Made by a program: the position numbers and the translations under genes. From Cycas panzhihuaensis (taxonomy: Eukaryota > Plantae > Cycadophyta): a stretch of DNA of 64,000 nucleotides. The notes below the pieces were generated by a model. It worked only from the letters and a program-made list of their open reading frames with translations. It made no database searches and had not been told where the DNA came from. The stretch spans positions 164,183,741 to 164,247,740 of the forward strand of contig CM041465.1 of assembly GCA_023213395.1 (NCBI GenBank), given 5' to 3'. This document shows, one piece after another, positions 31,293-46,899 of this stretch. Within the stretch, counting starts at the first letter, position 1. Every line of letters begins with the position of its first letter.

Positions 31293-32370
31293 TGTAATAC
31301 AAGCAAGAATGCCAAAGAAATAGAGGTAGATGAAGTGGAAAATATAGATATACTGCACCAAGCAAAGGACCATCATAGCAAGCCTGAACAGAACTAATAT
31401 TTCTTTAATAAGAGATGATATTATATTGCATGGGATGGAGTATTTATAATAAATTCCTCACCCTCTTAACATTATTTTATTCACCTACCTTTAAGTTAGC
31501 CTATCCCATATTTCCTTATTATTTAATTAGCTTAACTTTAACCTCCACTAACCTACTTGCCTAATCTCATATGGTGAGGGCCTAATCTCATGTGGTGATG
31601 GATTGCCACATACCCTCCCCCCTAAGATGCTTTACCCCCAATGCATATGAATACAAGAGTACATATGACCATCACCTATTGCTAATAAGATGTCAAGTAT
31701 AGAAGTTTGATCTTAGTATTACTAAGTGGAAATTGATGCTTCCTAGTTTATTAGTAAAGAAACGTATAGACCATGTGGGTGTAGACTATATGGAATCTCA
31801 AAATGGGGTGGCCCATTTGATTTAGTAGCATCATAAAATAAATTTGGTCCCATGGTATAATAAATTGAAGTTCCATGAAAAATAGGGCCTAAATACTCCT
31901 ACAACTTGAATGTTAATGGCTCTTACTTAATGCTTATACATTCATAGTACAAGGGGGAGCAATCATAATCCTTCGAAATTTCACTTGGAAAGACATTGTT
32001 TTCTTCCAAGGTGACATTATCATTATCATTTGTAAGAGGAGAGACTTTAACATATTCATGTTGGTCATCTACATCCTCTTTATCTAAGTGATCCTAGTTC
32101 TCTACATCCTCTTCTTATGTCATTTGTTTCTTTTTTTTTTTATAAGCAACATGGCACCCTTTTTGAACTCATCAACTAATTTCTTAACCTAATTACATAT
32201 GTTTTTAATTGTTGATAATGTATCTACTAAAGTATGAGGTTCCATTGTACAAGCTACTAAAGAAGAAAGAGGAAAGAGGAGGTGGGAAAGTGGAGAGTCT
32301 ATAGTCAGTTAATCCCCCTTATTATAAGCCTTTATGGGGTGTCATTAGATTGTTTCCCTATAACTCCTTT
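31293..32370 (-). mobile_element. 3' LTR (31293-31610), PPT and internal remnant of an LTR element; right boundary approximate
   Basis: TG...CA bounded ~318 bp unit; minus-strand PPT (G-rich, 31611-31624) preceded by gcattgggggtaaagcatctt. Confidence 0.6.
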
Positions 32371-33847
32371 TTTTTTTTTTGATTATAACGAAAATATTAA
32401 GGCCTCAAGATTAATGGATTTTTAGCTAAAGTCTGAATGACTTTAAAATAAAGTAAAAAGTACAATATAAGGTATTATGAAACTATAAAGTTTATCTTCA
32501 ACTCTTAATATCTACTGCCAGTGAGCTCCAAAATAGGCCATATAATAGTTTAAACTAAAGTCCATAAAATAATAATTCCATTACAATAGATGACATTCTC
32601 CAAGTCTATATGAAAAAGATATAGGCAAAATTGTGGATGTTATTATGTTGCAAAGTGAAATATTATATGAATGCAAATCACTTTATTTTTTTAAAACTTT
32701 GAAATATGTGAATGCATGATGACTTATTTTATTATACTTATAGTTTTATTAATTACAATGGTTTATTTATGATGGGGATGTATTACAAATTATTAATTAA
32801 GCTCATTAATAAATATGAAACTAAGACTCTAATTAAAACATAAAATTATAGAACCTACCCTACTACTCTATGTTATGAGTAAAGATTTAAGAGACATTAA
32901 GAACATGGGAAAAGAGTAAAAGTGCATTGAGCACTTAGAAAGACTTAAATTATATTTAGTGCTTGGGAGGATTAGTTCACTAAGCATGTGCCATGAGTCA
33001 TCTCTTATGTATATGTCACCATGAGATAGCTTGCCCTCTTGGAAAAGAATAAGAATACACCTATAAAATAATTGGAGATATAGGTGATTTATATATTATT
33101 ATATAATGCCTTAATCTCTCATGATTTGTGGTTCCTAAGATGATGATGAGTGTACATTCATGGACTTGCACACACTTCACATTGGTGGAGGGGTATTGGG
33201 CACCCTTGAGACATTGGTGTTTAAATATGATAGCTAGACACACACCTAAAAGATGATTCTATATGGTAACATTAGTTAAGACTTGCCTTGACAAAACCAC
33301 TTATTATTATTTATATGTTATAAAAGTAAACTTTCTATACGTTAAAATAAAATATTTGTGTGTTAAAAATAGAACCATCCATATATTAGTTTTTCCTCTT
33401 ATTTGTTTGAAGAAAGAACCCATTTGTAAAGAAAGGATTCTAAGTACTCAATGAGAATAATCATCATGCTAAGAATGCATATGTATTTATATGTAGAAAA
33501 TTTAGGACTTAGATACTAAGAAATAGTTTGGAACAATTCTAGGAATGACTCCAATAATGAAAATGACCAAATTGAGAGAGAATTCAAAGGAAAATACATA
33601 GTGGAGTGGTTCAAGAATGATTGAGACAATTATAGTTCAATATTTCAGCCCTAGGGAAATGGTTCTCACTATATTGTTGAATGGTGAATGACTCACAAGG
33701 ATGGTGAATGGCCTTGAAAAATGATAAATAGTTAATAAGTAATAATTCTATACCAATTCTAGGATGAATCATATAGCCATGTAGACATATGAAAAGACAA
33801 GTGTTACTAATAATAATTATAATTTTGTTATTAAAAGGCAAATGCTA

Positions 33848-36180
33848 TGTTGTAAAGCCACATCTTTTTGGTGTTTGGCTATAGAAAAATTATATAAATA
33901 ATTCATTTCTATTGTTTGTCCAACAATGAGAGTTAAATCATAAATCTAATGTGACATTCTCAAGTGTAAGTGTTATAAAGCATTATACTTAATGTTGATT
34001 CATGAAATCATAGGTTATAAGGAAATATCTTATGTAATGTATATACTTGATGATCAATTGTATATATTGTGAACATTGTGCAAATATTATATATGTTGTA
34101 AATCACCTTAACATGAAACTAACATCTAAAGAGTAACACCAAGTTGAAGGGACCATAAGACCAATACGTAAATGGGTAGTTTTAGGACACTAATATTCCA
34201 AGTATTATTCAACATTAGTTTTATTACTGAAACACTTGCATAAAGAAGAACTTGAGACCTTGAGAAGGTGTGAGAGCATATTCTTAAAGACCAGTGGATC
34301 TTAGCTATCATCATGATGGTGGTTTCTAACTAATCCATGATAGCCATGGGACCTCCTAATGCCACATAATAAGCCTTCGAGTAGTGGAATTCTAGAGTCA
34401 AGCTGTCATAGGGTAATATGTTAGGCTAAGGAGAGTAAATTAAGATAAGTGTATAAAAGGAGTAGATTACCAAGAGGTGGGATGAGGGATAAGTCTTATA
34501 AAATATGAGAAGGAAGTGGAGAAGGCACTAGGGTAATAGAACTAACCCCCAAAATAAACAAAGCTAATTATGGTCAAGACCATAACAATTAATGATAAAA
34601 ATTCAATAATATATCAAAATATCAAAGTAAAACCATACCTAAAATAGAATAATAATATAACTTCATATTTGTAGTAGAGTAATGTTTAGAAAATACAGAA
34701 TATTAGATGAGTTGCCAGAATAGTAGAGTTCATAGAATAGTAGTTCTCTTCAAGGTGAAGGGATCCTCCCAAGGTACCATAGTGCCATAATGAATTTAAG
34801 CCACATTATTCAAATAAGATAAATAAAAATCTAAATATTATCATAAATGATTGAGGCTCACTTATTTATAACCATAGATTAGTGCCTATTTAGAGCCAAC
34901 TTCACATGCTTATTTGGAGTTGACTTCATATTAATGTAATTAGGCTTATAATAATCCCCCCTCTTTAAGATACTTTACCCTGAAGATATAAATGTCGCAT
35001 GAGTAATTGGTTGAGACACATTCCTTTTATCTTTCAATCTGCCACATATTAAGGCCTACCCTTATGCTATCTTCTAGAAATAATCAATATATTACCTATA
35101 AATGTGGTTGTTTATGTTTAGTACTAAATCAATTTTATATCCCTTCATATATAAAAAAGATCTTAGGACTTATAAAATGCTAATGGCACATGGATAAAAA
35201 CTTATTTTCTAATTGCCCATTTTGTCCACAATCTTTTAACTTTGAAAGAAGGATTATTTTTGAATACATGAGAAAGAGAGGTGGGGGTTTAGAAATGGTG
35301 AGAACATTTTGTAGAAAAGAAATAGGCTATGTTTAGAGAATAAGTGATACTATAATAAAAATAATCATGATGTTCACATAATGGGTACTATTTATAAACA
35401 TAAAGCATATCATAAGAAATATTAGGAGATAAAGATTTTATAAGGGATCTATACAAGATTAGTACTAGATGCTCTTTATGGGAAAAGGGATTTTGATAAG
35501 TCTTAGGAAGGGTATAAAAGAAGACTACTTAAGGGATGAAACTAGGTTGAAATTAGGACCTAGATGAAAGGACTAATGTGGGATTAAAATTTTTTCTACA
35601 AAAAATTAAGAATTAAGGAATTTAGAGTAATGTAGTGAGAAAATTCAAGAGGAACAACAAAACTATAGAAGGAAATGGATGCATATAAGATAGAATTATA
35701 AACCCTATCAAATACATTATCATATTTGTTTTATTGCTTGGATTATTTCATAGGCTTCTTTAGTTCTTATTTATACCACTTTGCAAATCCTTCTATCTCC
35801 ATTGACACTCTTTCGATTACTCACCAATGAGTTCATGTTGTTCCTGCATAAGTTACTCATCATCTAAATTATATTGCTCTATTATTTATTCTTTAACTTT
35901 GACTTCCTCGTCTTACTCCTAATATCCTACGTCTTCATATTATCTATGAACTTTCACTGATTCTTCTCTAATTTCTCATTCCCCTCAATTTTGTAAATAT
36001 TTCTTCAAAGTGATTTTTCTAGTCCTTTGGTTGTTTCCTTAACTATTCTTACATCCTTAAGAGGGACTCCTATTATGCCTTTTTTAGTTCTCAAGTTTTT
36101 GTTGTGAACTTATATTTATTCTTATAATTGGCATATGAGGCCTAATACTAAATATCTTTATATCAGCAACGTATCATATG
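33848..36180 (-). mobile_element. 3' LTR (33848-34953), PPT and non-pol internal remnant; right boundary approximate
   Basis: Terminal inverted ends tgttgtaaagcc / ggcttataata; minus-strand PPT (34954-34966) with the same upstream motif as 31611-31645. Confidence 0.6.
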
Positions 36181-36729
36181 TTTTAGGAATAACTAATTAA
36201 AGTTAATCATGTACGTATAGTCCTTGTAACATAGGTAAAACTATTTAGATTATTAGCTACTTAAGTATTGAGATAAGAAGGTGATCTTATCTCTTTCTAT
36301 TGTATGGTAAATGGTAAAGTAGGTGCCTAACATTATCATGTATTTTTTCATATATGTTCCTTCCTCGAGGTTAAATTTTTTTAAGGAAGTCTGTATGTTA
36401 TTAGCTATCTTAAATGACTCATTCTATATTAATTATTAGTCCACTAAAATCTTCCATATAAATTCAGATAAGAATTTTCTTTATAAATCTTTTTAATAGA
36501 TGTTCATGTAATAACTCATTTCAAAGATATATAAATCAAGATTTCGGTGGTTTAGATAAAATGGAATTTAAAAACATATAATAGAAATTATAGTAAAAAA
36601 TATATACCTTACTCCTAGAAAGTCACAAAACTAGAAAATGTAGAGGGTTTAATCCCTTATAGATTTAACATTTAGTTATATATATGTTAAAACTTTTAAT
36701 AACCCACCATTATATTGTAAATATAAATC

Positions 36730-37445
<716 letters not shown>

Positions 37446-39732
37446 TATATTTATGTATCATAGGCAACCTTTATTTGTAATTTAATCATAATATATAAAT
37501 GTATTGGGTCTGCCACCTTTATCAATATGTCGACTAATAGCGTTGTTATAAATATTCATGGTATGCTTATAAATTAAGCACCACTCACCTCATTTGTACA
37601 TGGGAAGTTTATTGATGTGGAAGCTCTACTGAAATAGAGTTGCATGGTGCAAAAAATTTACCCATAACTATTTGTTCATTACATTTGATCTTATTTGCTT
37701 TATTATTTGATACTTTATTTACTTTGTTAAGTTTTATTATTGAATGCATGTACATATTAGATCCTAAAGATAATCTCACATGGTATAAGAGCCATTACAT
37801 GCTTTCTTTACTGATTTTCTAGGAAACATATGAAAACTAGAAGTTCATTTTCCAATAATAGAACCTTGTTCACACTAATTTTAGAGTTTTTTCATAATAT
37901 TAGGTAGTTGTCAATCAATCTAAAGTTACTGCAGGTGATTCTCAACCTATACCAACTTGTATTTATAGTGCAGTAGGCTTGTAGCAATCCTCACAACTCA
38001 TGGTTCTATTCTTAGTCAAAATGACTTCATTTAGCTCTTGTTTCAACTTTAATCAATTTGTGTTGGCCACATCTTGCTCCTGAATGAAGATATATTACTT
38101 CAAGAAGTCCTCTGGAGGTGCTAAGCTATTGTTCCAAGCATCTACATGAAGTTTTCAATGATTAGTTATAAGTTTTCAATCCTAGGCTACTGTATGGCCT
38201 CTACGAGGTCATTTGACATTGTTTGAACTTATTTCACTCTATAGTAGCCCTAATAGTATTCAAAAGAGGATGTTACAACCTTTAGATAAGATTCCAATTG
38301 AAGACAAAGCTTTTGAAAAGAGATTCACAATCTTGCTTGTGTCTGTTCTCTGCACGAAGCTGTGCATAGACCGTGGAAGTCACACATCTTCCATTCTCAT
38401 AAAAATTTTATTTTTTTAACTTTATTTTTCATAAAGTTCAAGAAATATTAAATTAGATTTAAATGTGTGGATAAAATATGCCAAAAAGGGCTTCATTTTG
38501 ATCATATATTGACTTATATGACTATGTTTTTAGCATAACATGGGAAATTTTTAAAACTATTAAGTTATCTTTTATAATTTTTGATTATGCAAAACGATTA
38601 GGGTATTTTTGATAAAGTTTCAAGTTTGCCTAGCATCCTAGTAGTCCAGCCTATGGTCAAGTGTGCTTGTTTTACGACTAGGGACCAATAAACAAAGGGG
38701 GCTTAAGCCATCCCCATTCATATTTTTTGCTATAAAGGATATATATCACTATTTTAATTATTACTTTTTAATAGAAATTTAGACTTAAGTGTTGTCTAAA
38801 CCATTGAAAAGCTAATTTAGAGTGCTATAGTTTGAATCTAGTTCTAGCCTAATTTAAGTCAATTTTATAGGAGTTCTAAGCTACTCAAGTTGACCTATAT
38901 GTTTGAGCAATCTTAAGCCTTATTTCATCATGTAAAGGCTTATATTATGCTTTACATAAGATTTTTTGATGTTGAATATTATTAGTATTTATTAGTAGGC
39001 TATTCTGATCTTTTTTCTTTGAGCTAACAAGTGCTTATGTTTTGGTTATTATAGGTGTTCTTCTTGGAGGATTTAGGTGGGTCTTCTTAGAGCAAGTCTA
39101 TTAAAGAGCTCTCTAAACCTTATATTTCCTTTCAATTTCTTGCATTTCCTTTTATTTTTTAGCTTTGCTTATTAAAAGAGTCTTATTTATAAGTAAGAAC
39201 ATATTAGAATCCATCTTTAACTTGAAAGATTAATAAAGATAATCATGAATCTACAAGTAAACTATACCAACCTTACGAGGGAACGATTAGGACCCTTGAA
39301 GTTACCACTCCCCACACACCCTTGGTGTTTCTCTAATTTGTTAAGAAAAATATTAGGTATAAGGTGTATTAAGTGGAATGCTAAGGTGAGAAACTTTTTT
39401 TTGTGTTTAGAGACTAGGCTAGACCCAGAGGGGTGTGTGCCTTGGTTGTAGTTCTCAACTAGATCTGTCACTAGGCATAAGCCCAACACAGATGGATCAA
39501 AATATTAGGGGGGCCTTTAACCTTCTTCATAACACACATACTAAGGTATATAGAGCCTTGAGCCTACATATTGATATATAGAGTCCATGGTTTACCACTT
39601 ATAAGAAGGTGCCACTAGATAAGATAGCAACTGAGAGCTTCCTTAAAGACCCACAAACTTAGAATTCTAGAATAGTAGCCCATAGGTAGATAAGATATAA
39701 GTACATAAAACTCAAAACTAAAAGACACATAG

Positions 39733-42700
39733 AAATGGTAGCCTAAATGCTTCTATCAAACACAATTAAACTTAATGGCCTAAATAACTTTATAGATTAA
39801 AAAAAAAAAAGTGAAAACCTTCCTCATCATGAATAAGTATTGGAGTTATGTCAATGGTGATATCCCTTTATCTAGACCTACCTAAGATCCTAATGATCCT
39901 ACCATAGTCATTCCACTTGATCTAATTGCTTTAGCTAACTTTAAAACTAAGGAAAATATAGTCTTATCTTTCCTCCACTTGGTAGTAGAAGATCAAGTGG
40001 ATCAGAATATAGAAATAACACAAACCCTTCACGAAGCCTAGACCATCTTATGTGGTCTCTACAAGAGAAAAGATGAGTCAAGATCTTTTACTCTTAAAGC
40101 ACATATGTTTGTTATCCCTTTTGCTAGAAATATTATTACTCATCTAATTAAAGTCAAGATAATCATAAATTAACTAATAATCCTTGGGAAACCTCCATTA
40201 GACCATGATTTAATATCTAACATCCTTAATATTCTCCCTATTGAAGACAATAGTTTCATTTGTAAACTCTGATAATTACACTAAAATGGAGTTTATCACA
40301 TTTGATGGACTCCTACTAAGAAAAGAAATTATCCTTAACCATGAAGGAGCAAAATCTACCTCTAACTTAGCCCTTGCATTTGCAGCCCAAAGTTCAAAGA
40401 GACAAGAATACACAATAGCCAACTTAGCAGCTAAATCAACTATAAAATCTTGCTCAATAATTTGAATCCTTAGACATCTCATAAGAGACAAGTCAATTTC
40501 CAACTCAATAGCAACCACATCAAGTTGGCACTTCCTCCTATCATGTTCAATAGCCTCGGTAATACCATTAATCTCCATAGCCTCAATCATAAAGAAATCA
40601 ATAGTGTAGACCAAATATTACCTACTTGTACTATGGGAAAAGTGGCCATTTAGTTGTTGAATATAAGAGAAGGCAAGATGACCTTCAAATATTACAAAAT
40701 CAGGGGAGACAACCATATGGATCATCCTTCTAACAAGGAGCCCCATACTATCAATAAGGAGCACCTAGCTACCAACAAGGTGAAACTAATTATCATAAGG
40801 AGGTCTCGTTCCTTAATAAGGAACCCCTTATCTACAATAAGGTGGCCCTCTTATTTAATAAGAAGCCAATTATTTCTAATAAGAAAGCCTTATTTCTCAA
40901 CAAGGAGGCCCTATTTATCCACAAGAAGGGCCATCATATCAACTAGGCTAATTTTATCAATAGAATTAGAACCAAAGACCAAATCATAATCAACATTAGT
41001 AGAATAGGTAGTGTTTCCTACTCAGGAATCAAAGGAACAACCCCAATACTCAGTAACGAGGCAATCTAATAGATACTTATAACACCTCCTCTTAAAACTT
41101 GTTCTTTGCAGTATTGTTATCTTAACATGGTGATAACTCTTGGCTACATGATTTAGGTGCCACTTGCCACATGACTAGCATAGAAGATATGTTAGAGGAA
41201 ACCTATCTAATTAACACACAAATAGTCACATTTAGAGATAACCTAATAGATGATGTGACTAAAATTTGAAGGGCCCTAATAGCTTTGAAAGACTCCAAAA
41301 TAAGGCATCACATAAATAATGTATTCATAGTTCCATACATGAAAATGAATCTACTTTTTGTCAGCCAAATTGATAAGTAGAATCTAGATGTCCTCTTTAG
41401 TCAAGGTATTCACACCATCATCGATCATACAACTAGATAACTTGTAGTAACAAGACATGAAGACAATGGCTTATACAAGCTTAAAGGTGTTCCTTTAGCT
41501 ATTAATCTACTAATAAAATCATATTCAATAGCTTAAAGTACCCAACTTAATAAGGGTAAGGATATCATGGTAGAGGACCAACCTCATGTCTAAGAACCAA
41601 GTGAATACTCCCATATATATGTGAAATCTACCTCAAATAATACTAGAGACTAATATAGTATCAATGCCTTAATCACCTAAATATGTAAAGTTTAAACCTC
41701 ATGTCTAGGCTCATATGATATATGGACTTCCTAAGATCAAGAGAAACAAATGCATTTGTGAGGCATGCCTAGTGGAAAAACAACAAAAGGAATAATTCCC
41801 ATCTAAGAATACATGGAAAGCCTTTGAACCATTGGATCTGGTCCGTTTAGACATTTATGGGCCTATGTCATTTTAATCCCTCAATGGCAGTCTATTTTTC
41901 ATGACTTTCATAGATGACTATTTTAGGAAAATATGGGTCTTCCTCCTAAGGAATAAGTATCAAACCTTTGACAGACTTAAGGAGTTTAAAGTTGAGGTAG
42001 AAAATAAAAGTGGTATAACTATCAAGATCCTTAGATTAGATAATAAAGAGGAATACATATCAAATCAATTCACCAATTTCTACAAACAATATGGCATCAA
42101 ATATCAGTTCTTAACACCTCACACACCTCAACAAAATGATGTAGCTGAGAGAATGAATCAAACATTAGTGAATAAAGCTAAAGTTATGTTAAGTGGTGCT
42201 AATCTTACTACAAGATTTTGGGTTGATGCCATCATGATAGTTGCCTATCTTACAAGTAGGAGTCCCACTATTGAAATATCACTACTGAGGAGACTTGGAC
42301 AAGACTTAAACCAATAATTACATATTTTAAAACATTTGGATGTATGACATATAAACTTGTTCTAAGGAAGAATAGAAAGAAGCTAGATGACAAGGAAGAA
42401 TACAAAGAAGCTAGATGACAAGAGCCTTAAGTGCATATTCCTTAGCTATGTACCTGGTCATAAAGCCTATAAGGTATTTGACATTGTTTGGAACCAATCC
42501 TACACCACTCAGGATGTTATTTTTACTGAAGATACTTAGAACTTAAACCTCTCAAAAATTCACTATGTAGTAGAAGATGATGTTCATATACCTTAAGTGC
42601 CTCTTGCACTAATTCTAGAGCCACTAGTACCTACATCCTCCTACGCACTAGGTTCATCTTCATCCCCAATAACTTTAATGACTACATCAGATGTAAGCAC

Positions 42701-44058
42701 CTATATTCCATACATTTTAGTTGATGACCTTCAGGTGGAAGCCACTAGTATTCAACCACCTTCTAAGTAGATTTAACAATTGTTAAAGAATGATCCTCCT
42801 TCTCCTACATTTGCCAAAACGGCATCAAAGATGAGACACTCCATCAACTTTTCCTTAATGTCACACATCTTAAAAACCATTGAGCCTTTTACATTTAAAA
42901 AGTTAGTCAAAGACCAAACATGGAAAGTAGCCATGGATAAAGAGATGAACTCCATCCTTAAAAATGGAACTTGGGAACTTACAAAAATGCCACTGGGAAA
43001 AATTTAATTGATTATAGATGGTTATATAAAACCAAGTTCTATATAGATGGTATTGTCAAGCATCACAAAGCTCATCTTATTGCAAAAGGTTTTAAACAAT
43101 AGGAAGGGATAGACTGCGATGGGGCCTTTACATTGGTAGCTAACATGACCATATTCCATTTGGTAATATCACTAGCAACCCAATTCAACTAGTCAATCCA
43201 TCAAATATATGTGAAGAGTGCTTTCCTTAATAGAGAGCTTATAGAAGAGATTTTCTTAAAGAAACCTCCTGGCTATGTTATTCTAGGCAAAGAACACTTA
43301 ATTTGTAAGTTTAAGAAAGCCTTGTATATACTAAAGTAGGTACCACATGCCTAGTATGTAAAGATTGATGCTTTCCCCACTCAACGTGAATTTTGTCAAT
43401 CACCCTATGACCTAGACTTATATATTCAAGTTAGAGAAAACTTTATCACCATCATTGTACTATATGTGGATGACTTAGCTATCATAGGCAATGACACTGA
43501 AGGCATAACTTGGCTATAATCTGAACTAAAAAGTAACTTTGAGATGATAGATCTTGGGTTACTCCATTATTTCCTTAGAATTAAAGTTTGGTAAGATCCA
43601 TACCACATCTTCCTGTCTCAATCAAAATATACCAATAAACTATTACAATAATTTAGGATTATAGATTGTAAGCCAACACCAATTCCCATGGAAATAGGAA
43701 CTAAACTAAACCTAGACGAATAAGGCAAATAATTTGACCTCACCTTTTATTGGCAGTTAGTTAAGAGTCTCATCTACCTTGCCCACACTTGTATGAATAT
43801 CTCTTATGCAATTGGGATATGTTCCAGATATATGTAAAATCCCAAAGCATCCCATTGGAAAGCTATGACTAGGATTCTTAAATACATTTATAGCACACAT
43901 CAGTTTGGACTTAACTATAAAAAAACTAAATCTCCTATCTTGAAAGGATACACATATGTTGACTAGGTAGGTTACTAAGATATAGGCTACTTAACTTCAA
44001 GATACTGTTATGACATGGATTCAATTGTAATCTCTTAGAGTTATAAAAAGTAGCCTTA
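39733..44058 (+). pseudogene. Copia gag-pol (gag, zinc knuckle, protease, integrase, RT, start of RNase H)
   Basis: YWSYVNGD; WLHDLGATCHMT; CEACLVEKQ; LDLVRLDIYGP, TFIDDYFRKIWV, LRLDNKEEY, TPQQNDVAERMN; KNGTWEL, ARL-like AHLIAKGF, IHQIYVKSAFLN, LYVDDL; GYTYVD*VG...IS*SYKK*P. Confidence 0.93.
40734..40942 (+). repeat. ~10 x 21 bp coding tandem repeat after the gag zinc knuckle
   Basis: caaggagccccatactatcaa / taaggagcacctagctaccaa / ... / caagaagggccatcatatcaa. Confidence 0.85.
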
Positions 44059-45085
44059 ATAAAATAGGGCTACTAGTTGATAATATGGAGTAGCTTATTG
44101 GAAGTTAGGCCTATAACATTAGCTCTCTTGATTTTACAAGGTTTTCAAATCATCTTGACATCCCTTATATTTAATAGTGAGGTGACCGATTTTTCCACAG
44201 GAAAGGTAGGTGACATTTGATCTACTATGTTAGTTCTTTTGTGGTTGAGACTTTGGTTGTTATAATGACTGCTAAGGTTACTAACTTAAATTGGAGGAGG
44301 TGTCAACTGGATGTTGTTGCTGTTGAGTTGGCTACTAATTTAGCTCTTAAGAGATGTTGAGTTGAGTAAGGTTTTAGAGATGATTGGGCTATTAAACTGG
44401 ACTTTGTATAGTCTTGTTTTCTTCTATATTATGGGTTGCAAAGGTAAGGGCCAAGTTAGAAGTAGATGTAATCCCAAATCAATTAAAAATATTCTCTTCT
44501 TGTAGCAAGAGCCCCTTAAAGGTGATGAAGTCCATTATTAAATAGTTTTCATAAAGTTTAGAGATAAAGCTATTGTATTTTATGGGCAAAATATTTAGGA
44601 TGCTAGATATTAGAGCATGATTTGAACATTGTTCACCTAATATTATCAATTGGTTCCTAATGGTCTTCACTCTAATCAAATGGGTTGTAATAGTACCTAC
44701 AAAAGGAATGAGAAATAGGCATGCTTTAAGGGTCAAGGACCTAGATTTATCCTTTCTCTCATAAAGGGCACAAAGAGTGATCTATGCCTCATGAGAGATT
44801 TAAGTTGTCTCAATGTTTTGGTCTACTTCGTCTTCAACTGCCAAGTGGAAGAAGGACAAGGCAATGTTACCCTTAGTTTTAAAGTTATTTAAGAATATAA
44901 GATCAAGAGAAATTATGGTATGAGGGTCATTGGGATCTTCTATTAGCTTAGGTAGGGGCATGTCTCCATTAACATAGGCCCAAAAATCATTCATGATAAG
45001 TAGATTTTTGACTTGTTTTTCTAAGGAATGAAATTCTTAATGCTATTAAGTTTAATTATGTTATATAATAATATTTTTATGGCCA
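44059..45085 (-). pseudogene. Copia B gag (N-terminus to zinc knuckle)
   Basis: ORFs 44800-44994 and 44479-44736 align with the A gag; knuckle LSCGKIGHLTIKY. Confidence 0.88.
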
Positions 45086-46899
45086 TTTTTTTAAGTTTTT
45101 TTTTTTTTTTTAATATCTTTAAAGTTTATGTGCTTGTGTACTAATCTACCTAGGGGGCTACTGAACTAGAATTCTAGGTTTAAAGGGTCTCCAAGAAAGT
45201 TCTCAATTACTATCTTATCTAGTAGTGCTTGCCCATAAGTGGTAAACCATGGATCCTATATATCGATACGTGAGCTCAAGGCTCTATATACCTCATTATA
45301 TAGACTGCAATAAAGGTTAACAACCCCTCTAATTTGTGTCTCCACCTGCATCGAGCTTATGCCTAATGATAAATCTAGCGATGAGAACTTGACCAACCAA
45401 GGTACTCACCCTCTTCAAGTCTAGCCTGGTCTCCAATCTCTAATGGGAGTTTTCCACCTTAGCCTACCACTTAATACACCTAATAGCTAAAGGCTTCCTC
45501 AATAAATTAGAGAAAGACCAATTGCTTATGTAGAGTAGTAAGTTTATGGGTCCTAATTATTCCCCTTATAAGGCTGGTAGAAATGTAGTTAATTGAAGAG
45601 TTATCTTGTTTAATGTGATGAAGTTGATTTTATAATATGAGTTATTACTAACAAAGGTTCCTTTTTAACAAAACAACTAAAAGATAAGATGAAAATAAAA
45701 GAAATAAAAGGTCAATGAAAGGTTTAGAGTGCTCCTTGAGTGGGCTTACATAAGAAAGCACCACTTCAATCTTCTAAAGGTGATTCCTACAAAAAGCCAA
45801 CACCAAGCACTTTGTTAGCTTAAAAACTAGATTAAGACAATTGACTAAAGATTAATAATAGTATAAAATAGCAAAAGAACTTCTGAAAAAACTAAATTTG
45901 GTCTTTAAAAATAAGAAAAGGGCTTAAAAATCTTAAACACTAAGTATAAATTTGGTACCTTATAACTTCTAAAAATAGGCTCAAATTAGGCTTAATCTAA
46001 TTCTAAGTTGTAGACCTCTAAATCCTCTTTTTGATGGTTTAAATAGTATGAAAAATGAACTCTTAGTTGTAAAATTATTGCAAAAATGGTGATAGGTACC
46101 CTATTGTGCTTCAAACTTGAGGAAGATGGGCTTATGCCCCTTTAGAAAGTAGCCCTCAATCACTTGCTAACTATATAGAAGCACCCGTTGACATAATTAA
46201 GGGGTTAATGGGCTCGAAAATTTATTAAATATGATCTAAACTTTTTGATTTTATAAAAAGAATATAAAATAACATAAGAAAATTTGAGACTTACCCTTTT
46301 TAGTGAAAATTGAGGTCATATGAGAGTGAATATGACCAAATAGAGGGTGCTAGCCACCAAAATTCAAGTCAATTGCTAATGTAACTTAATTTCATTGATC
46401 AAAGTTAAAACTTTATTTAAAAAACATAAATGTTTTTGAAGAAAAAAGAACCATGGAGTCTGTGCAAACTGTGCACGACCATGGACAATCCGTGAGAGGA
46501 ATGGGAGGTCAAAACTGCACCAAATTGAAAGAGATTATTGGAATTAAAATTGAGAGCATATTGAAGTATGTAAAAGTATTAACTCAATCCATATTGTAAA
46601 TCATATGCAATATTAATATATTAATCCATATTTGTTGAGAATACATAAAAAATCCTCTAAGAGGTGTTAAAAAACACTAGGGTTATACACCTTGTAAGAT
46701 ATATAGTTGTAAGGGAGGAGGGAAACCTCCTCAACCTTCAGAATTTAAAATAATGTAAAATAATTCATAACTTAATATTAAAATAAACTTATCTAACTTA
46801 CCATTAATATGTATGCACTTACATATTTCTAAAGTTGAAGTGGGGTGAGGAACATTAACCTTAACATACTCCTCCTTAATGTTCATCGTGATCGTCTTT

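Noticed and set aside
29856-33847. Host gene exons or a DNA transposon in the unassigned AT-rich stretches 29856-31292 and 32370-33847
   Set aside because: Only short low-complexity ORFs, no recognisable domain, terminal inverted repeats or TSD; probably decayed LTR sequence but not supportable.
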